From Geosiphon pyriformis uo1 (taxonomy: Eukaryota > Fungi > Glomeromycota), in the NCBI GenBank assembly GCA_016748015.1, contig JAAOMT010000571.1:871095-935094 (forward strand): a stretch of 64,000 bases of DNA, read 5' to 3'. Shown here piece by piece: positions 61,516-64,000 of the stretch (the first letter of the stretch is position 1; every line of letters begins with the position of its first letter). Made by a program: the position numbers and the translations under genes. The notes under the pieces are model-generated. The model saw nothing but the letters and a program-made list of their open reading frames with translations. It was not told the DNA's origin and made no database searches.

Positions 61516-62528
61516 TGTTACTGGAGGTTTTTGGTCTCTTTTCTTAAATGTTGGTAATGTTGATTTGCTGTGAATTTACGTTTTCAGAAAGTAGTTGAAC
61601 CTCCAATAACTGAATTTATCTTCAAATTATCTTCTATAATCTGAACTGTTGGGCTTATAAGTGGAATGGCCAATTCCTTGCCAGTTATTTTATGTAGTTA
61701 CGTTATAGTAAACGTCAACTCTTTCCCAGGAATTGCTCGTCTGAAAGCTCACTAAAATGTGTAGTTACTTTGCTGTGAAAGTCAACTCTTCTACAGGAAT
61801 CTTGTCTGTAGGCTACCCTAATGATTGTAATAAGAAAAAAAAATAAAAAAATAAAAAAAATGTAAAAGAAATAGGATTTTATCAAGAGAAACGTTTTCTA
61901 TCCAGGCCTGGAGTCACTAACAGTTTACTGAAATTGGTAGTTAATTAATTTCAAAATGTTAGTTGAGTTTTGAGGATTTTCCAAGTGCAATAATTAAAGA
62001 ATTTGGTTTTTTGAATTATTTGATATTTATTTCTTTTTGTGTGTATAGGAATGATTCTAAGTGATAAATCTAAAGTAAGATACATTTTCCAAAAGAGAAA
62101 AGCTCTTCTTTTATACAACTTGTTGTAGTACTAGTCTATGAACTTGCACTTTTTCTCTTTGCTCAAATTTCGGTGAATTAAAGATACATTTTGATGAACT
62201 ACAAGTTATTTCACTGAACTATTGATTAATTTGGGTAAACTATTCATAATTTCGGCGAATTTCTGTAAATTTCGGCGAATTTTTTATAAATTTCGGCGAA
62301 TTTCTGTAAATTTTGGTGAGTTTTTGAATGTTACAAAGTTCAGGGTATTGTGTAATTTGATCATCCTACTTTCTGTTATACTAATTAGATTATTTTAATT
62401 GAATTGTGATATGTGATGATTGATTAAATAATAAATGATAATTTGAAATGATATTAATATACTGATTAATTATAGAAATTATAAGAGTAATTTCATGCTA
62501 ATTAATAGCTAAAATTCTACTGGTAACA
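61516..62528 (-). repeat. Gypsy-B 5' LTR (1013 bp)
   Basis: TGTTAC..GTAACA termini; contains a 21-22-bp tandem array AAATTTCGGCGAATTTCTGT at ~62247-62322. Confidence 0.95.
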
Positions 62529-62532
62529 ATGG

Positions 62533-63990
62533 AACCAAGTAAAAATAGACTATCAGAAGATGCATGGAAGAGAGGTTTACCAACCACATCTATCCAAGTT
62601 TTTCTACCAAAAGCCAGAGGTCTGGAAACAGGTGCAGACTTTTTCTCATAAATTTTGGTCAATCTAAACTTATTTTGGGCTGAGAGAGGAGCCCTCTTGC
62701 TCTTAGGAATAGAGGATGCACCAGCTGATTTACAAACCAAATTCAAGTGACCTAGGGAATTGCAAACAGAATATAAAGGGGTAATCAAACACAACCAGTG
62801 GAAACCAATGTCTTTTATGACTGGTGTATTAGTCACAACCTGAGTCATGTCATCTTCAGAACCAAAACACACAGTAACACATTATGTGCAAGTATAATTA
62901 ACAGAGTTGTGTTTGATCAAATATGTTTTCCCACCCACAGAACCAATAAAATCCCATAAATCATGAGCTGTTGTTTTCATAGAAAGAGTGTAAAACAACA
63001 CCCTAAATTTATCCCTAATATCCCATATCTGTTTATTGATGTTAGCTTTGACCACACGAACCACATTTTTACTAATGAGAATTGACCATTCAGCAGCCAA
63101 CAGATCAGCCTGACTCTGATCTTCCAATTTGATGATCGTTTTTTGCCACAAACCCACCAGTTGCATTTTGATTATTTTAATTTGTCCAAATACAGACACA
63201 GCTATGCACACAGCCTCAATAGAAGTTCACACAGGAATTTTTTTTAACACAATTGTCTGATTTGTATGGTTGTTTACAGGGCACTTGAGATCAGTGTTTA
63301 CTACAATACCACAATTATTTGCCAACTTCCCAGCAGCCATCATTGCCTTTTCCGAAGTGAAAGTCACATGAATAATTCCACCAAATTTTGAGAAAGTAGA
63401 AGCCCTCTCAAAACTATTCACACTTGAAAAAATTTTTCTGATAAAACTCAATTTTTCCTGAGAAAACTTCCCAGTGATGACCACAAGATTAATATCTAAA
63501 GCAAAAGATTTGTGAACAGGCACTTGAACAGACAGTTTGATAGGTAAAAGAGGTGGGAGAAGAAAAAAATCGTCTAACATGTCACCATCTGTATTGACAG
63601 AACCATAATCAATCACACCTAAAGGCTTTCTTAACACTTTTTTGGTCTTTACATACAAACTCTTTGGTGTTCGATTAGGATTCCCTTCCGCAAAAGCACT
63701 ATTCTCACCATAGTCAACACTGGTTTCTTTAACCAAACACTCCTCCTCCATATCAATACTCTCAGACTCAGTAGTGTCACCTGTTTCAGAACTCCATGAA
63801 CGAGCACCAGGAGCTTTAGCAGCAACCCCTTTATTATCAATATCTTTTCCCAATACACCTCCCTTCCTCTTCTTTCTCAATACAACTATCTTGAAACCAT
63901 TCTCAGAATTAAAAACTTTAATAGTCTTCTTTATAACAGCAATAACAGGGCCAACAGTAGTCTTGTAATTGAAAAACAGTTTTGATTTAT
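62533..63990 (-). pseudogene. LINE-5 ORF1, 5' part
   Basis: Fragments 63227-63880, 62882-63211 and 62498-62872 are homologous to LINE-1 ORF1; continues at 52757. Confidence 0.85.
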
Positions 63991-64000
63991 CATATTGAAT

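Larger units (their letters stand above)
52762..62528 (-). mobile_element. Full-length Ty3/Gypsy LTR retrotransposon, family B (dUTPase + ORF3); appears the youngest LTR element here
   Basis: LTRs 52762-53576 and 61516-62528 are very similar. TSD ATGG (52758-52761 and 62529-62532); PBS, PPT, PR-dUTPase-RT-RH-IN. Confidence 0.96.
46570..64000 (-). mobile_element. LINE-5, interrupted by a solo LTR and by Gypsy-B; 5' end at or beyond the window edge
   Basis: Poly(T) ~46570, 3' UTR, ORF2 46702-52367, ORF1 52364-52757 plus 62533-~63990. Confidence 0.9.

Overview
Eukaryotic, gene-free, heavily mutated retrotransposon pile. It is probably fungal; from memory the proteins resemble repeat-derived hypothetical proteins of Glomeromycotina such as Geosiphon, which I have not verified. 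Layer 1: five copies of a ~7 kb RNase H-bearing LINE family at <1-16562 (+), 19841-26646 (+), ~28417-36017 (+), 38781-~45689 (-) and 46570->64000 (-), plus two 5'-truncated 3'-end stubs. Layer 2: two full-length Ty3/Gypsy LTR retrotransposons inserted in LINE ORF1s, family A at 394-10558 (+, TSD GCAC) and family B at 52762-62528 (-, TSD ATGG), plus two family-B solo LTRs. Layer 3: much of the extremely AT-rich spacer DNA is the eroded ghost of an older family-B Gypsy (~19309-38240), into which LINE-2 and LINE-3 inserted; LINE-4 lies just beyond its recognisable end. Both Gypsy families share an unusual layout: gag frame running out of the LTR across the PBS, then protease, three Cys-rich putative Zn fingers, dUTPase, RT, RNase H, integrase, and a conserved non-env third ORF. 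Nearly all lesions are C>T/G>A, in CpG and non-CpG contexts, suggesting a RIP-like process. No host genes, RNA genes or CRISPR arrays are supported. Domain coordinates are approximate and all alignments were done by eye.
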